Numbered from the stretch's first letter, positions 11,877-24,971 are shown. The stretch: 64,000 nucleotides of DNA from Octopus bimaculoides (GCF_001194135.2 NC_068992.1:13544200-13608199); one strand, 5' to 3'. The notes: generated from the letters alone by a model not told the origin. Made by a program: numbers and translations.

Positions 11877-13294
11877 ATTTTACTGTTTAAAATATGGCTG
11901 ATATTATTATTACTTCTATTCTGGAATAACACATTTATTGTTCCTGCTATTAACTGTGTGGCTATGACGTTGGAGGCAACACTATCTTTATATGCCATCT
12001 GCTATGTGGCAATATCCCTTACATAGCATATAGCACCACATATGTCTGATCTTAGCCTTCAACCGATTATAGTCAAAAGTGTTTCAGATTCAGGACGGAA
12101 ATGACCTCCAGTCGCTTTTTTTTTTTGTATGTGTGTTCTTTTTTAACAAGGCTTGAAAGCCATCTAAGAGCTATTCTACTTCCGCATTTTACCAAGAAAT
12201 AAGAGTATCAGGATCAATTTCGCAGTTTTCAATGAGGCTACGAAGTGGTCTTTTGCCTCGATCTCAGGATTGAAAATATATATATTTTAATCAGAATAGA
12301 TTTTAAAATCTTTTCTACTTGGAATCAGAGTGGCTTTTCCAATTTTGGCCTTTTTCACCCGAGGCAAATTACAATGGTCCACTCGGTTTCTTCCATAACA
12401 ATTTCTTGTAAACTGAAAACTCACTCTTCGTTTCATCTTGGAAAACAAATTTATTGAAAGCGATGTTTCTCTAACTGAATTAATCTCTTTTATACGCCTT
12501 TTGTACATTTTGTTTTTTATTGCTGCTGTGACATTTCTGTGACGTTGATGGGGTGAACGACGGTAGTAGTCAATGTCTTACTGATGCGGATGTCAAGACG
12601 ATTTCCATGAACACTGTCGGCTGCTGAATAGGTTATTGCAGCACTGGTGTTGGTGTTTATGTCGATATAAGTGATTTTCAGTTGGTATCTTCATATTAGA
12701 TTTTCCTGTGGCTTCTATTCATCGAGGTGAGAGATTTGCTTAAGTTTACTGTTGTTTCGGGAAGAGATATTGTTCTATGTTTTATCCGGCACATGATTTT
12801 CATTACTTTTTATACTCTCCCAAATGCATATGGAAATCAGATCCAAGTTTTCAATGAGGATATCTTTCCACTAAGTAGGGTTAGCATTGTGTAAAAGCTC
12901 CTCCATCATTTCTTGCTCGTCGGGTATTCAAATCTGCAAGCATACAGAACAAATGTATTCCATTAAGAATGTTAAAATGTTATTTTCGCTTCAAAACACT
13001 AAAATGTGAAGGATATACACAGGCCACTTGGGTATTGTTTCGCTTAGTCTGTGGGTGTCAATATAATAAAGTTCAACTATAAAAGATTAGAGGAGACACA
13101 GAAACAAACACACTATCAATCACCCGCACCCTACACAAACACATTTACGAAGATCTCTAACGATACAAGCACGGTCAATATCAAAAAACACCTCAACAAA
13201 CGAAAACATTAATCCAGAGAAAACAACATGTACAACACTCACAAGCAAATACTTAATAAAGCATATTCAAGAATTGTTGTTGTTGTTGTTGTTC

Positions 13295-13790
13295 AGAGAT
13301 GTATGCCATCAAAGTGACATTGGGGTAAAATATACGAAGTCCAATATACCCATCATGACTACCTGTCTGATAAGAGTACACCAGGCACATGCATCACAAC
13401 CAAATAACATGCTAAACAGTGCAGCGCATGACCTGGTAGGTGGGGCCCAACTAGAATTGTCTTCAGGACTAGTAGTCTATCCCACTCAAAAGGTTCCTGG
13501 ATATCGGTTCCTTAGGATGTTGAACGAAATACTCATATGTGAATTATTCAAATCTTATAGAATTCATCTCAGCCCACGTTCATGATGCCCACTACTTCTG
13601 TTAGTGATCAGAAATGCACATATCGTCAGCCACCAATTCACATGCTCATCTGGTTGAGATACAACAACTGACAAGCAAATCTGTAGGACTGAGCCGAATA
13701 TTTGCTGTAGCCCATCTATCATATTAAGACAAAACACTTCCAATCAATTGAGATCAGAAACCTTAAGTACCAGTGCATGGTATTGCATCT
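13295..13790 (+). mobile_element. Interspersed repeat family B (SINE- or LINE-3'UTR-like), followed by (CAT)n/(ATT)n
   Basis: Matches the reverse complements of 20690-20970 and 31503-31800, and ends at trinucleotide tracts. Orientation is inferred from the tail. Confidence 0.85.
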
Positions 13791-13898
13791 TCATCGTCGT
13801 TATCATCATCATCATCAGCAGCATCATCATCAGCAGCAGCATCATCNNNNNNNNNNNNNNNNNNNNNNNNNNNNNNNNNNNNNNNNNNNNNNNNNNNN

Positions 13899-13967
<69 letters not shown>

Positions 13968-13973
13968 CCATCA

Positions 13974-14027
<54 letters not shown>

Positions 14028-14058
14028 GTAGTAGTATTATTATTATTATTATTATTAT
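13790..14058. repeat. Compound (CAT)n/(CAG)/(ATT)n microsatellite with a gap
   Basis: Directly visible. Confidence 0.95.
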
Positions 14059-15178
14059 GTTTATATTCCCTGGACTTATTGGAACTCTTGGCGACAGTTT
14101 TTCCATATAAAGCTATATTTGTGATGGTTTAGTTAAAGGAGAGCCGCACCCCATAAATCATGATTCCTTCTCAGTTCAAAGAGAGAAAATGACTTTACAT
14201 TTTGTTTTTTCTTTGTATAGGACTCATTTCAAGAACCCGCAAGTGCACATCCTTCATACTCTAATTTCTAAATATAGCTTCATTACACAATTGATTATAA
14301 CTTGTCAAAGTACGGCGAAGCCAATATGTCACTGTCCAGTCTATTAGAAATATATTTCATATCTCCCTCATATTGAGTTTTGCCATCTTAAATAGGTGAG
14401 AGGTCACATTACACAACATACGCTGTAAATAAACAGTGTGTGTGTAAGAGCGTTGTGATGAAATAGCAGTAAGGTAAGTTATGATCTAGGGTTGAACTAG
14501 TAATATTTCGATTCATGGGAGACAAGTCTTTATTTTACAATAGAACAATATATCGGCAGTAGAAGAATTGTAGTTTCATTGTTATACAAATGTATATGTA
14601 AAAGAAAAAAAAAACTATCCCACACATATGTATTATATCAGTATATAACAAATTTTATTTCTTTCAATGCAAGATTCTATATTTCATTTCATGAAATGAT
14701 ACCTTTGAACTGAATATTTTATGTGCTTTTTTTTTAATATAATTTCTTCTAGAATCTTCTGTTCCTACTTTATCTGAGCTGTCCTTTTTTCTACGTATTT
14801 TATCATGATGGTTTTGTATTTTTCTCGCTACATATCACCACATTTTTATGTTGTTAATTTATATTCTTATTGTATTATTATTATTATATTATTATTATTA
14901 TTATTGTTATTATTATTATTATTATTATTAGTAGTAGTATTATTATTATTAGTGTTGCTGGTGTTGGTGGTGTTGTTTTTGTTTATAATCCTGATACAGA
15001 ATAACTTTTCATCTTCTTTCTCCAATAGGTGAAACGATTTCTCAGCCTGTCGTTCGGCTTCGAACAATTCATCCGAAGTTTGATACATGTCACCTCATAA
15101 GAACACATTTCCTCAAGACTTTTCTAAGACCGGTTATGTACATCTATACGTATTTGTATGTATGTATGTATTTATGTA

Positions 15179-15224
<46 letters not shown>

Positions 15225-15847
15225 TGTGTGTGTGTGTGTCTGTGTGTGCACGTCTCTGTGTGTCTTTATATACGTGCATATTTGAATGTATGTGTTTTAT
15301 GTGCGAGTAGGGTGGCGATACAAAATTCACCACGAATGAATGCGGACATGTCTGTCTTTTTTTTTCTGTCCCTTGTGTGTTTATGTATGTTTAGTTGTAA
15401 ATCTTATATTTCCTATTATTCGATGAAATATGATTAATATCTAGATTTCAGCCATTCTTCTTTGATATTTTAAAATTTGCTATTTCAGCTCCACTTCAGC
15501 TTCTCAAATTTCAGAAAGAGCAATGACGTCAAATACAACTGCATCAGATATAACAGTGGCATAAAAGAATGAATTGGATATTAGTGAAACAAGCGTGTAG
15601 AATCTCAGTACTGATATACCTAATGTCTTTAAGAAACTTTCAAACACTTTATATTCCAGTTTGTATTGATTACATGTTTTGTATTCTACCGAAATAGAAT
15701 TTAAATATTCAGTGTAACTTCTGACTGTGTCCGTGAATACATACGTATACTTACGTACAAACCATAAATAAGAGATTACACGTATATGTCTGCATACATT
15801 TATGTGTTTGTGTGTGTGCATGTGTATATGCATATGTTTACACATAC

Positions 15848-15884
<37 letters not shown>

Positions 15885-16589
15885 NNNNNNNNNNNNNNNN
15901 NNNNNNNNNNNNNNNNNNNNNNNNNNNNNNNNNNNNNNNNNNNNNNNNNNNNNNNNNNNNNNNNNNNNNNNNNNNNNNNNNNNNNNNNNNNNNNNNNNNN
16001 NNNNNNNNNNNNNNNNNNNNNNNNNNNNNNNNNNNNNNNNNNNNNNNNNNNNNNNNNNNNNNNNNNNNNNNNNNNNNNNNNNNNNNNNNNNNNNNNNNNN
16101 NNNNNNNNNNNNNNNNNNNNNNNNNNNNNNNNNNNNNNNNNNNNNNNNNNNNNNNNNNNNNNNNNNNNNNNNNNNNNNNNNNNNNNNNNNNNNNNNNNNN
16201 NNNNNNNNNNNNNNNNNNNNNNNNNNNNNNNNNNNNNNNNNNNNNNNNNNNNNNNNNNNNNNNNNNNNNNNNNNNNNNNNNNNNNNNNNNNNNNNNNNNN
16301 NNNNNNNNNNNNNNNNNNNNNNNNNNNNNNNNNNNNNNNNNNNNNNNNNNNNNNNNNNNNNNNNNNNNNNNNNNNNNNNNNNNNNNNNNNNNNNNNNNNN
16401 NNNNNNNNNNNNNNNNNNNNNNNNNNNNNNNNNNNNNNNNNNNNNNNNNNNNNNNNNNNNNNNNNNNNNNNNNNNNNNNNNNNNNNNNNNNNNNNNNNNN
16501 NNGTTCCCGCTCTTGGAAAATAGTTAGTGGTATTTCGTCCGTGTTTATGTTTGAGCTCAAATTCCTTTGAGATCGATCATGTGCTCCAT

Positions 16590-17050
16590 TTCAGTCTATT
16601 TTTCGTCTAATCCATTTTTGTTCAATGACAATGCATTTATCTATCAAAAAATGTCATCAAGTTATCTTGAGAAAAAATTTGCACAGACCCAACAATGGAA
16701 ACCAATTGACCACAGCTAGCTCCTTAAAGCTTCGAACCTTCCATAAATATCACATGATCGATTTGTCTCGTGTTTTCGTCAATGTATTACACGCTTGCAC
16801 CTTTCTCATAACTATGGAAAGTGATAGCATACAAGCAATAAACTATAAGAGTGACACCAAGTTTCCTTGAGAGATTCCTCTCTGGATGTCAGCTTGTCCA
16901 TCTTTCCTTCCAACTGTAGTAGAAACTGTCTTCCACTCTCTCATAATATTTTTAAAGAAATAAATCAAGTCTTTATCTGCCTCCGACTATCTATAGGCAT
17001 TTCACGTTTATAAGCTTATTGCTTTAAGTACAATATTCCTACTACCTAAA
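16590..17050 (-). pseudogene. Decayed reverse transcriptase fragment, R4/Dong-type non-LTR retrotransposon
   Basis: Minus strand reads KCL*IVG/ADKDLIYFFKNIMREWKT...IQRGISQGNLVSLL*FIACMLSLSIVMRK/...IDHVIFMEGSKL...VGSVQIFSQD. This matches the pattern RGIFQGDSLSPLLF...INHLLFMDDLKL...TVRIFSQD. Confidence 0.8.
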
Positions 17051-19159
17051 GGATATTTTATAATGAATTCCATTCCTTTTTTTTTTTTTTGTGAAGCAGA
17101 TCTGATACCTACAAGTTTTGCAGAATGTTTATGCCTGCTTGTAGTCTTAATTACATTTCTAATTTTTAAAAAAAATATCTTAATAAAAATGTTTTAACAA
17201 ATAGTTTTATTAAAATATGTCAATACCTTTGATCTACGCTTCATGATCTATTATAGAAAGTTACTATATTTCATTTCCTACAATAACAAAGTATGTAAAT
17301 GTGTGAACGACATTTCTGTGTGATACGCATGCGTGTGCGTGGGTGCACCTATGTGTGTGTGTGTGATCGTATTTTTGTTGCGTTTAAAAAAAATTAAATA
17401 TTTGTAACTTTAACTATAATTTGATTGCTGAATATTTTTTATTTCCGATTTGCAAACGTAACATATTTTATGTTTAACAAAAATGATATTTGTATCTCAA
17501 TTGTTTTGTTAAATAAAATCTTTTGAATGAAACAATCTGTTTTAACATATTTTATATATAGATTGTATAATTGTTTCTTCTAGTATGAATTATATATTGA
17601 ATATTAAATTACTAACCAAAAATATAAGATGAGCAATATACACAAGTATATGAGAGGATTCTCTACATTTCACTAATGTCTGCCTGATTTTGTAAGCGAG
17701 TGTACATTTTGCTTTTCCGTAGAATAAGATTTCGTTTTATCATTTGTGTCAGCTTTCAGTTGTTCGTATTGCTAATTTCAATTTGGTTGTTTTATTTTTC
17801 CCAAAATATTCGATAGGGTCGATGTATTTTATAGCCTGATTTTATTAGTATATTCTTTAAAACATCTTTTTCCATAATCTAACAAATCATGTATAAGATT
17901 TACCATTTTGTTTGTAATTTTATTTATAGCATAAAAACGATTATATAATTCAATATTATGTTTGTATTTTTTTAAAGAATGACATACGCCAATACATACG
18001 TCTTTTATCACAAATTTCATAGATTAATTTTTTCCCGTTTGAAATATTATATTCTAGACGAGAAAGTATGATAACAATCTGCTATAAATCCACGTATTTA
18101 TCGTAACTCTACGGTAATCATTTCGAAAGACATTACAAGAATCACTAGAAAAGCGTAATAATCTTTGTATCTTTTCTATTTTTTATTAAATCCTTTTTTT
18201 GCTACAGTACTGTCTATAGTTACTGTAATACTATTTTGATGGTAGCATCAAGACACAACCATTCATTTGAGTGAAATTGAATTTATCTTGTGAGGATTCA
18301 ACATATAATTAAATAGAAGGACAATTGTCAACTTTGCCTTTGTTACATTTCATTTTTACCTCTTAAAGTTTGCACGGTAACGTGTTCTTTGAGTACAATA
18401 TTCGTATTAAGATTATATATTGCGTTTACTATTTAAATACATCTGAATCTGATTTATCTCTAGTAAATGAGTTTGTCAACTTAATATATATAACAAATAT
18501 ATCGATTTTATAAGCATTTCATCAAAGTAAGAAGTTATAATTTCAGAGGAACTAAATACTATCATTATTTATCCTTTGAAAGAATAATATTTCCTGAATT
18601 GGTAATGAAACTTAACTGCATTTTCTCTTCTATATTAGTATATGTTAATAGTATTGCAAATTTGTCTTTTGTAGCATAAGGTTTTTCAGTTATAGTTGTA
18701 TTTTGAGGAATTTCGTAAAACATGTGCTTTGACATATGTAAAAGATATTTTCAATCTAACAACTTTACTTCAGTCTTTACTTCAGTATGTGTAAATCATC
18801 TTTTTAAAGTAACGTATTTTCCTGTACATATATATTATGTAGGCAGGCATAAAATCCAAGCTGTATCCTTTTGAAGCACATCTCATTATTCCAGTACTTA
18901 AAGTCCAGGATGTAGTTGTTAAATTTATGTTGTGTATATATATCTGAGTTGAACTTTCTGGAAACATTTTTGCAGAATTAATATATATTAAAAATAAAGT
19001 TGGAAAAACATTGTAGGTATTATATATGCACCATTGCACGCTTCATTTGCCAATAGGAATAAGAAGTTTGTACATGTTGGGCAAACTTATAGGAAATTTC
19101 TTATTAAAAATTCTTCACATTGGAATTTATTTCTACATCTTTCGACAGGGCCCTAGGAT

Positions 19160-19530
19160 CAGAACTACGTGAAATTGCTGCAGAATGTGGTCAAGCTTCG
19201 GCTAAAGAAGCTTGTTGCTGAAGGCGTATATGTGTGGCTGCACGATTCGTCTCTTGGTCGTAACCTCGGAAAGAGTAAGAAGTAATTTTTGGAGAATTTC
19301 TACGATTTCACCAGCCACAATGTCTGAACTCCTAATTCCCCCGATTGTAATCACATGATTTACAATGTGTGGTACACGTTTGAGAAGGACATCAACTGCT
19401 CTGCCTACAACGCGGCTAAGATGAAGTTGGTGTTCCAAGATCATCCTAGGGACATAGAGAAGAAGGCATGCGCCAAGATTCCGAGCTCTCTTCAGGCTGT
19501 CCTGGAAGGAAAGCTGAATGTGGTGGCCTC
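19160..19530 (+). pseudogene. Decayed Tc1/mariner-superfamily (maT/DD37D-like) transposase, C-terminal catalytic part
   Basis: One frame with two stops: QNYVKLLQNVVK...VYVWLHDSSLG...ENFYDFTSHNV*TPNSPDCNHMIYNVWYTFEKD...KKACAKIPSSLQAVLEG. Matches the WQQDSAP...WPPNSPDCNPLDY.VW...ACARF..RLEAV pattern. Confidence 0.85.
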
Positions 19531-20556
19531 TTTGAGTAAAGTGTTATATCCCAGCCATAATCTAGGTGATATCTTTAAAATTATTTTTGAAATAATTTTA
19601 TTTTGGAATGCAATATTACATTTACTCTTCCTTTTCTACAAACTTTCAGATACATATTTTCTAATGTGGCCTTTTTTTATTTCTTATAAAATTCATATAA
19701 AATTACTTACAAATGTTACACACTCTGTGACGAAAACTATCCGCAGTAAGAACATAAACATTATTTTATGATTAGTTATATGCCATTCGCTAAGGGGTCC
19801 GTGCTGTGCAGCACTGCACCCTCATCAATCTATGGTGCAACCTACATTTAGAAAATACAGTTTATAAACATTTTCCTGCAATACAAATTAGTGTCCGACC
19901 GGAATATTCTCAAGCACACCTAAGCACCGAAATCTAGCGACCGGCCTAATTGGTAATGTAATACTAAAGAAATCCAGAATGGATTCAAATTATCTAGAGT
20001 ACGTTATGTAATAGCATGCATTACGTTCACGTTTACATTGGTTATTTCGTAACTTCCTAAAAATCTAAATAGCTTTATGGGATCAGCTTTCATATTCTTT
20101 TCCGCTGATAATATTGATTGTCTTTATTTCACGGTTTTAGCATGTGTGGTTCAGTATTTAATTTTGAAATATGCGTTCCTATATGTTTATCTCATACTTG
20201 TAAGTTTTACTTATGGAATGTGAAAATTTATCAGTAAAAAGTTTGCTTTAGGCTTATTTCAGAAAGATTCATTTATACTGAAATAAAGAAAACTACTTTG
20301 AACATTACTACCCTCCTTGCTGTAAATACTTATACGCCTAAGTCTACTTCTACCGCTGCTAAAATATAGATCCTGCCGGTACAACAACTTATAATATATA
20401 GACTAGTAACAAAATTAAGGATATAAGCTACAAAGCAATATCCTCATAATTTAGGCCAATGCTCACATTATGCACACGCGCGCAAGCGAATTTGGGTGCG
20501 TCCCACGTGCGTGGTAACAAGGATATATACATATATACACATACATACATATATGC

Positions 20557-20604
<48 letters not shown>

Positions 20605-20606
<2 letters not shown>

Positions 20607-20690
20607 ATATCTTTGTATGTTTGTCCATCCAACAACACTTGACATCCGATGCTATTGCGTTTACATCCCCGTAACTTAGCGCTTCCTTCG
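20605..20690 (+). mobile_element. Internal fragment of SINE family C
   Basis: CTTGACATCCGATGC...TTTACATCCCCGTAACTTAGCG matches the family C body at 53670-53730. Confidence 0.65.
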
Positions 20691-20970
20691 TGTTGAGAAT
20701 GTCCTTTAGTAGCTGAAGATATGTGCATCTCTGATCACGGACAGAAGTAGTTGGGGAGAATCATAGCCATGTGTTGAGAGGAATTTCTTTTGAGGTTTGG
20801 ATAATTCACTTTTGGAAACGTGCATCTTTCGTTCAACATCCTTAAACGACCTTCATTCAGTGACCTTTTGAGCGGGATGTGCTACTCGACCTGAACAAAA
20901 TTATAACTAGGTACCACCTTCAAGGTCATGCGCTGTTTATCTTGATATGAAATCACTATGTCGCGCGCGT
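20690..20970 (-). mobile_element. Repeat family B fragment
   Basis: Reverse complement of part of 13295-13790. Confidence 0.8.
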
Positions 20971-21011
20971 GTGGTGTGTGTCACTTTAGTGGCATGCACT
21001 GTTCTCTCACT

Positions 21012-21025
21012 CAATAATAATAATA

Positions 21026-21097
<72 letters not shown>

Positions 21098-21127
21098 GGG
21101 GCGGTGGTGATGATGATGATGATGATG

Positions 21128-21189
<62 letters not shown>

Positions 21190-21200
21190 AAGAAGAAGAA
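21012..21200. repeat. Compound (AAT)(GAT)(GGY)(GAT)(AAT)(AAG) microsatellite
   Basis: Directly visible in-register trinucleotide tracts. Confidence 0.95.
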
Positions 21201-22390
21201 TGTAGATACATATATGTATATATGCACGCATGTAAGTATGCATGCATGCTTGTAAGTTTGCATGTCTGTGTGTGCGTGCGTGTGTCTATGTGTGCGATCT
21301 GTGTGTATGCCCGTATATCTACATGTATGTGCATATTTGCGCGTACCCAAGTGTATGGTAATACTCCCATTCCCCAAAATATCAGGCCTTGTGCCTATAG
21401 TCGAAAGGATATAATTTCACTGGGTTCAATGCAAAAATTATAAAGTTTACATAAAGTAAGTTTAAGGGCAGCTGTAACGGGACAACATCCTTGTTTTTGA
21501 ATTAAATAAAACTAAGCATATTATTAAATCAGCTAAATTCACGCAAGGAAGATAATCAGATAAGAACAACGCGAGAAGATAAATAATGCAACGACGATTG
21601 ACAGAGGGGCCAGTGATCCTGCAGTAGATGTTTGGCAGACGTAAGAATTTTGAAAACTATAGAACCTTACAAATTGTGGTCCTTAGCAGTGTGATGTTAA
21701 ATCATTCAGTTTTTCTCAGTTTTTTTTTTCTTTGATTCTAGTTAAGCATTTCAGGGTGTAGTAGAAATTTTCCATAATAGTAAGTTCATTGCTTTTATTA
21801 TGCATACGATAATATCGGCGTAGAATACCTCCCTATGTTCCTATCATATTTGTGAACTTCGTGTTTCATCAATGTTGAAGACTGTCAGGTTTACAATGCT
21901 TTCGTCAACACATAATTAGGTGTTAGTGATTCGTTTACTTATCGTATCAAGTTGCGTGTTGTATGACGTACGTTTGTGCACGCATTTCCTGTGCTATTTG
22001 AGAAACAACTTCTATCTACAATTTTGTCAATTTCTTACCTTTTTTTTTGTTCTCTGACAGGATTTTACGTCATAGTGAGCTTTTAGAAGCTATCACTACG
22101 AGTTCGCGAGTGTATCTCCTAATTTAAGATGGATATATCTGAGTCAGAGTGATGTAGCATCTTGCTGCTAGGAGGCAGCACAGACACAAACACACACACA
22201 CACACACATATCTATGTGCTTAAATTACCATTTTTCACACATAAACACACGTCGTCATTACATTCATATACCTGTATATGTTGCATTTGTGTGCATATAT
22301 ATGTGTGAGTTTGTGTGTGTGAGTGTATGAGTGTGTAGATGTATGTACGCATATATGTATTTATAAATATACATGTATGTACATATACAG

Positions 22391-22422
<32 letters not shown>

Positions 22423-22995
22423 ACATATATACATATGTGTGCCTGTGCACGTGTGCGTATGCATTCATATATATATGCTTAAACAATCAATATTGTATGA
22501 ATTGTCCTTGAGTAGTATACGATAATAAATCAGGTATTAACACAATATTAATATATAAGATGCATTAATATATAAAATGTAATAAACAGCTCATATATTT
22601 GAGCACTATACCAAAGCATCACAATAATTAGAATATATTTAACCTAACGAACTCCTGCCTATTCAAAATATAGCTATGTTGTTCTAATATATTTTTACAT
22701 GTTGTATATCTACTTTCGTGATCCGTCAAGCGCAAAACGATATTATTTTTTCTATGGTATTATTATTTTCTCCGGTAATAACCTTGACTGATGATGTTAC
22801 ATCAATGCATTTCAATCCAAATGTTCTCTGAGGTTTTGATTACCGACGTATATTGAGTGATGTTGCTATAAAAATATTACTATTGATGGGGTGATTTAAT
22901 GTCGGCAAATTATTTCAACATGATGTAGTTCAGAGGGAACTTCTTTCATGTATACTCAATACGATATCGATCCAATCAATTTATCAATCAATCAA

Positions 22996-23047
<52 letters not shown>

Positions 23048-23570
23048 AGACACACATAGACACACACAACATACACGCACGCACACACACACATACATAC
23101 ACAGATGTATGCATCTATCCATTCATACATACATACATACACACATACATACATATGTATAAGTATAGTTTCTTTAATAATATTTATAGAATTTTACATT
23201 TATACAGCGGTGAGTTATCGAAACGTGTTTCCACTCTATAATTCCTTTTATCCGGTGATCCTAGTGCTATATGTTATCATGAAATATCACGTAATCAGTC
23301 ACCATTCCGAACGTACAGTTACCTATAGTAGGAGTTTACAAGGTTATTCACAAATATAGATGCGTATATAAAAATATCTATATGTTGTCAATATTAATGG
23401 ATATAGAGATACATTAAACAATAAGTAGCTATTTAAAAAATTGTTTAATAAAATGTTCATGGACAGGTGCTTCCCTGTCTCTTTTTGACACAATTTTCAG
23501 CATTTTCCTCAACCAGATCTGTTGTTAATTTGCACATGTCACTGTAGGAAATAGAGATATGAGAACAACT

Positions 23571-23789
23571 TATTCTTTCATTTGTTTCATTCGTTTAACT
23601 GCGGTCATGCTAGAGCACTGCCTTTAGTCAAGAAAATCGATCCCAGGGTTCTTTATTTCTAAGCCTGGTACTTAGACCGATAGAATAAGTACAAGGCTTA
23701 CAAAAAATAAGCCCTGGAGTCGATTTTCTCGACTAAAGGCGGTGCTCCAGCATGGCCGCAGTCAAATGACTGAAACAAGTAAAAGAGTA
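23571..23789. repeat. Fold-back formed by two inverted 3' tails of SINE family C
   Basis: Arm 23571-23674 is the diverged reverse complement of arm 23686-23789 (TAAGTAC.AGGCTTA...GACTAAAGGC.GTGCTC.AGCATG.CCGCAGT...TGAAACAA). The spacer is 11 nt. Confidence 0.85.
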
Positions 23790-24021
23790 AAAGAGTAAAC
23801 AAAAAAATTACATTTTAAAATTTACATTGTCGCAATTTCACATCTAAAATAAAAAATTATAGTAAATAAAAAAAAAAATTATATGTAACATATAACGGTC
23901 ACAATCTCACAGGGGTAAAAATTTAACGCAACAAGGCATACTCTGAAGACAACATCGCTGGTAACTTATAAGCTAAGGCGATGGGTCAGAGCCAATACAC
24001 ATTTCAATTCGAATACACTTT

Positions 24022-24335
24022 TCAATCGAATATTGCTTTGCAGTCTACGTTCTTCGTGTAAGTTCTCCTTCTTTTTCCTTGTTTGTCAGTGTAGATAACT
24101 TTAACTCTCACATCAGATATGTGAACCTTTGAGAATGCAACATGCTGACTATAGCCAAATACAGGTTCAGGCCAGATATTATCAAATAGCAGCCTTTGCA
24201 ATTTATTGATAGTTGTTGCATATGACAGGCGAGGAGGAAAGTGGTTTCTTTCTAAAGGGAATGGTAAGTTTGGGATGCGCATGCGTTAAGGGATAAGTGA
24301 TATAAAAAAATATTGCTTTTCACTATGCAATCACC
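24022..24335 (-). pseudogene. Helitron-type Pif1 family helicase C-terminal fragment
   Basis: NLPFPLERNHFPPRLSYATTINKLQ...PEPVFGYSQ-HVAFSKV...VKV...TKNV matches the pattern LPF.L.RRQFP.RLAFAMTINKSQG...PVFSHGQLYVAFSR (helicase motifs V/VI), with deletions. Confidence 0.8.
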
Positions 24336-24395
24336 ATCGCCACCTCAACCACCACCACAATCATCTCTCTCTCTCTTTCTCTCCCACTCTTTCTC

Positions 24396-24443
<48 letters not shown>

Positions 24444-24850
24444 TTCTTTAATCTCATCGCTAAAATTATATTCCTAGCACTCCTGCGTATCGCTACCTTC
24501 GACTTAATTTTTTAACCAAGAAATAAACATTACGTTCCCCCTACCACATCGCATGGACGCTTCCCTTTCTGTCTTTTTTCATTTCTTCTTTTCTTCCTCT
24601 CTCTTTCTGCTTCACCCTTTTCCTTATCGTCTTTTTTTCTATATTCCTCTTTTTTTCTCCCTCTTTTACTTTAATCACGTGAAAGCGTTACAGACAGGCA
24701 AAGTAACATAATAACCAGTAGAAGTATTATTAGATAACTGTACAACAGAAATATTGTGGTTATATAATGAAACTAACGTTTATTATTTAGGCGTGACCTG
24801 TCAGAATTCTTAGCACAATGAAAAGAATGCTAAGGAGGCCAACAACTTGT

Positions 24851-24886
<36 letters not shown>

Positions 24887-24971
24887 NNNNNNNNNNTATA
24901 TATATATATATATATATATATACATTATTTACATTATTTAACGGATATTTGTCCTCATCTTGTTTGTTGTT

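Noticed and set aside
14200-14405. Acceptor and donor-like pair (also 21640-21655 and 22040-22065)
   Set aside because: All frames close quickly. Such signals are expected by chance in AT-rich DNA, though non-coding exons cannot be excluded.
19795-19830. GC-rich mini-hairpin resembling a Helitron 3' end or a Tc1 inverted-repeat end
   Set aside because: No CTRR at the right distance and no matching partner terminus.
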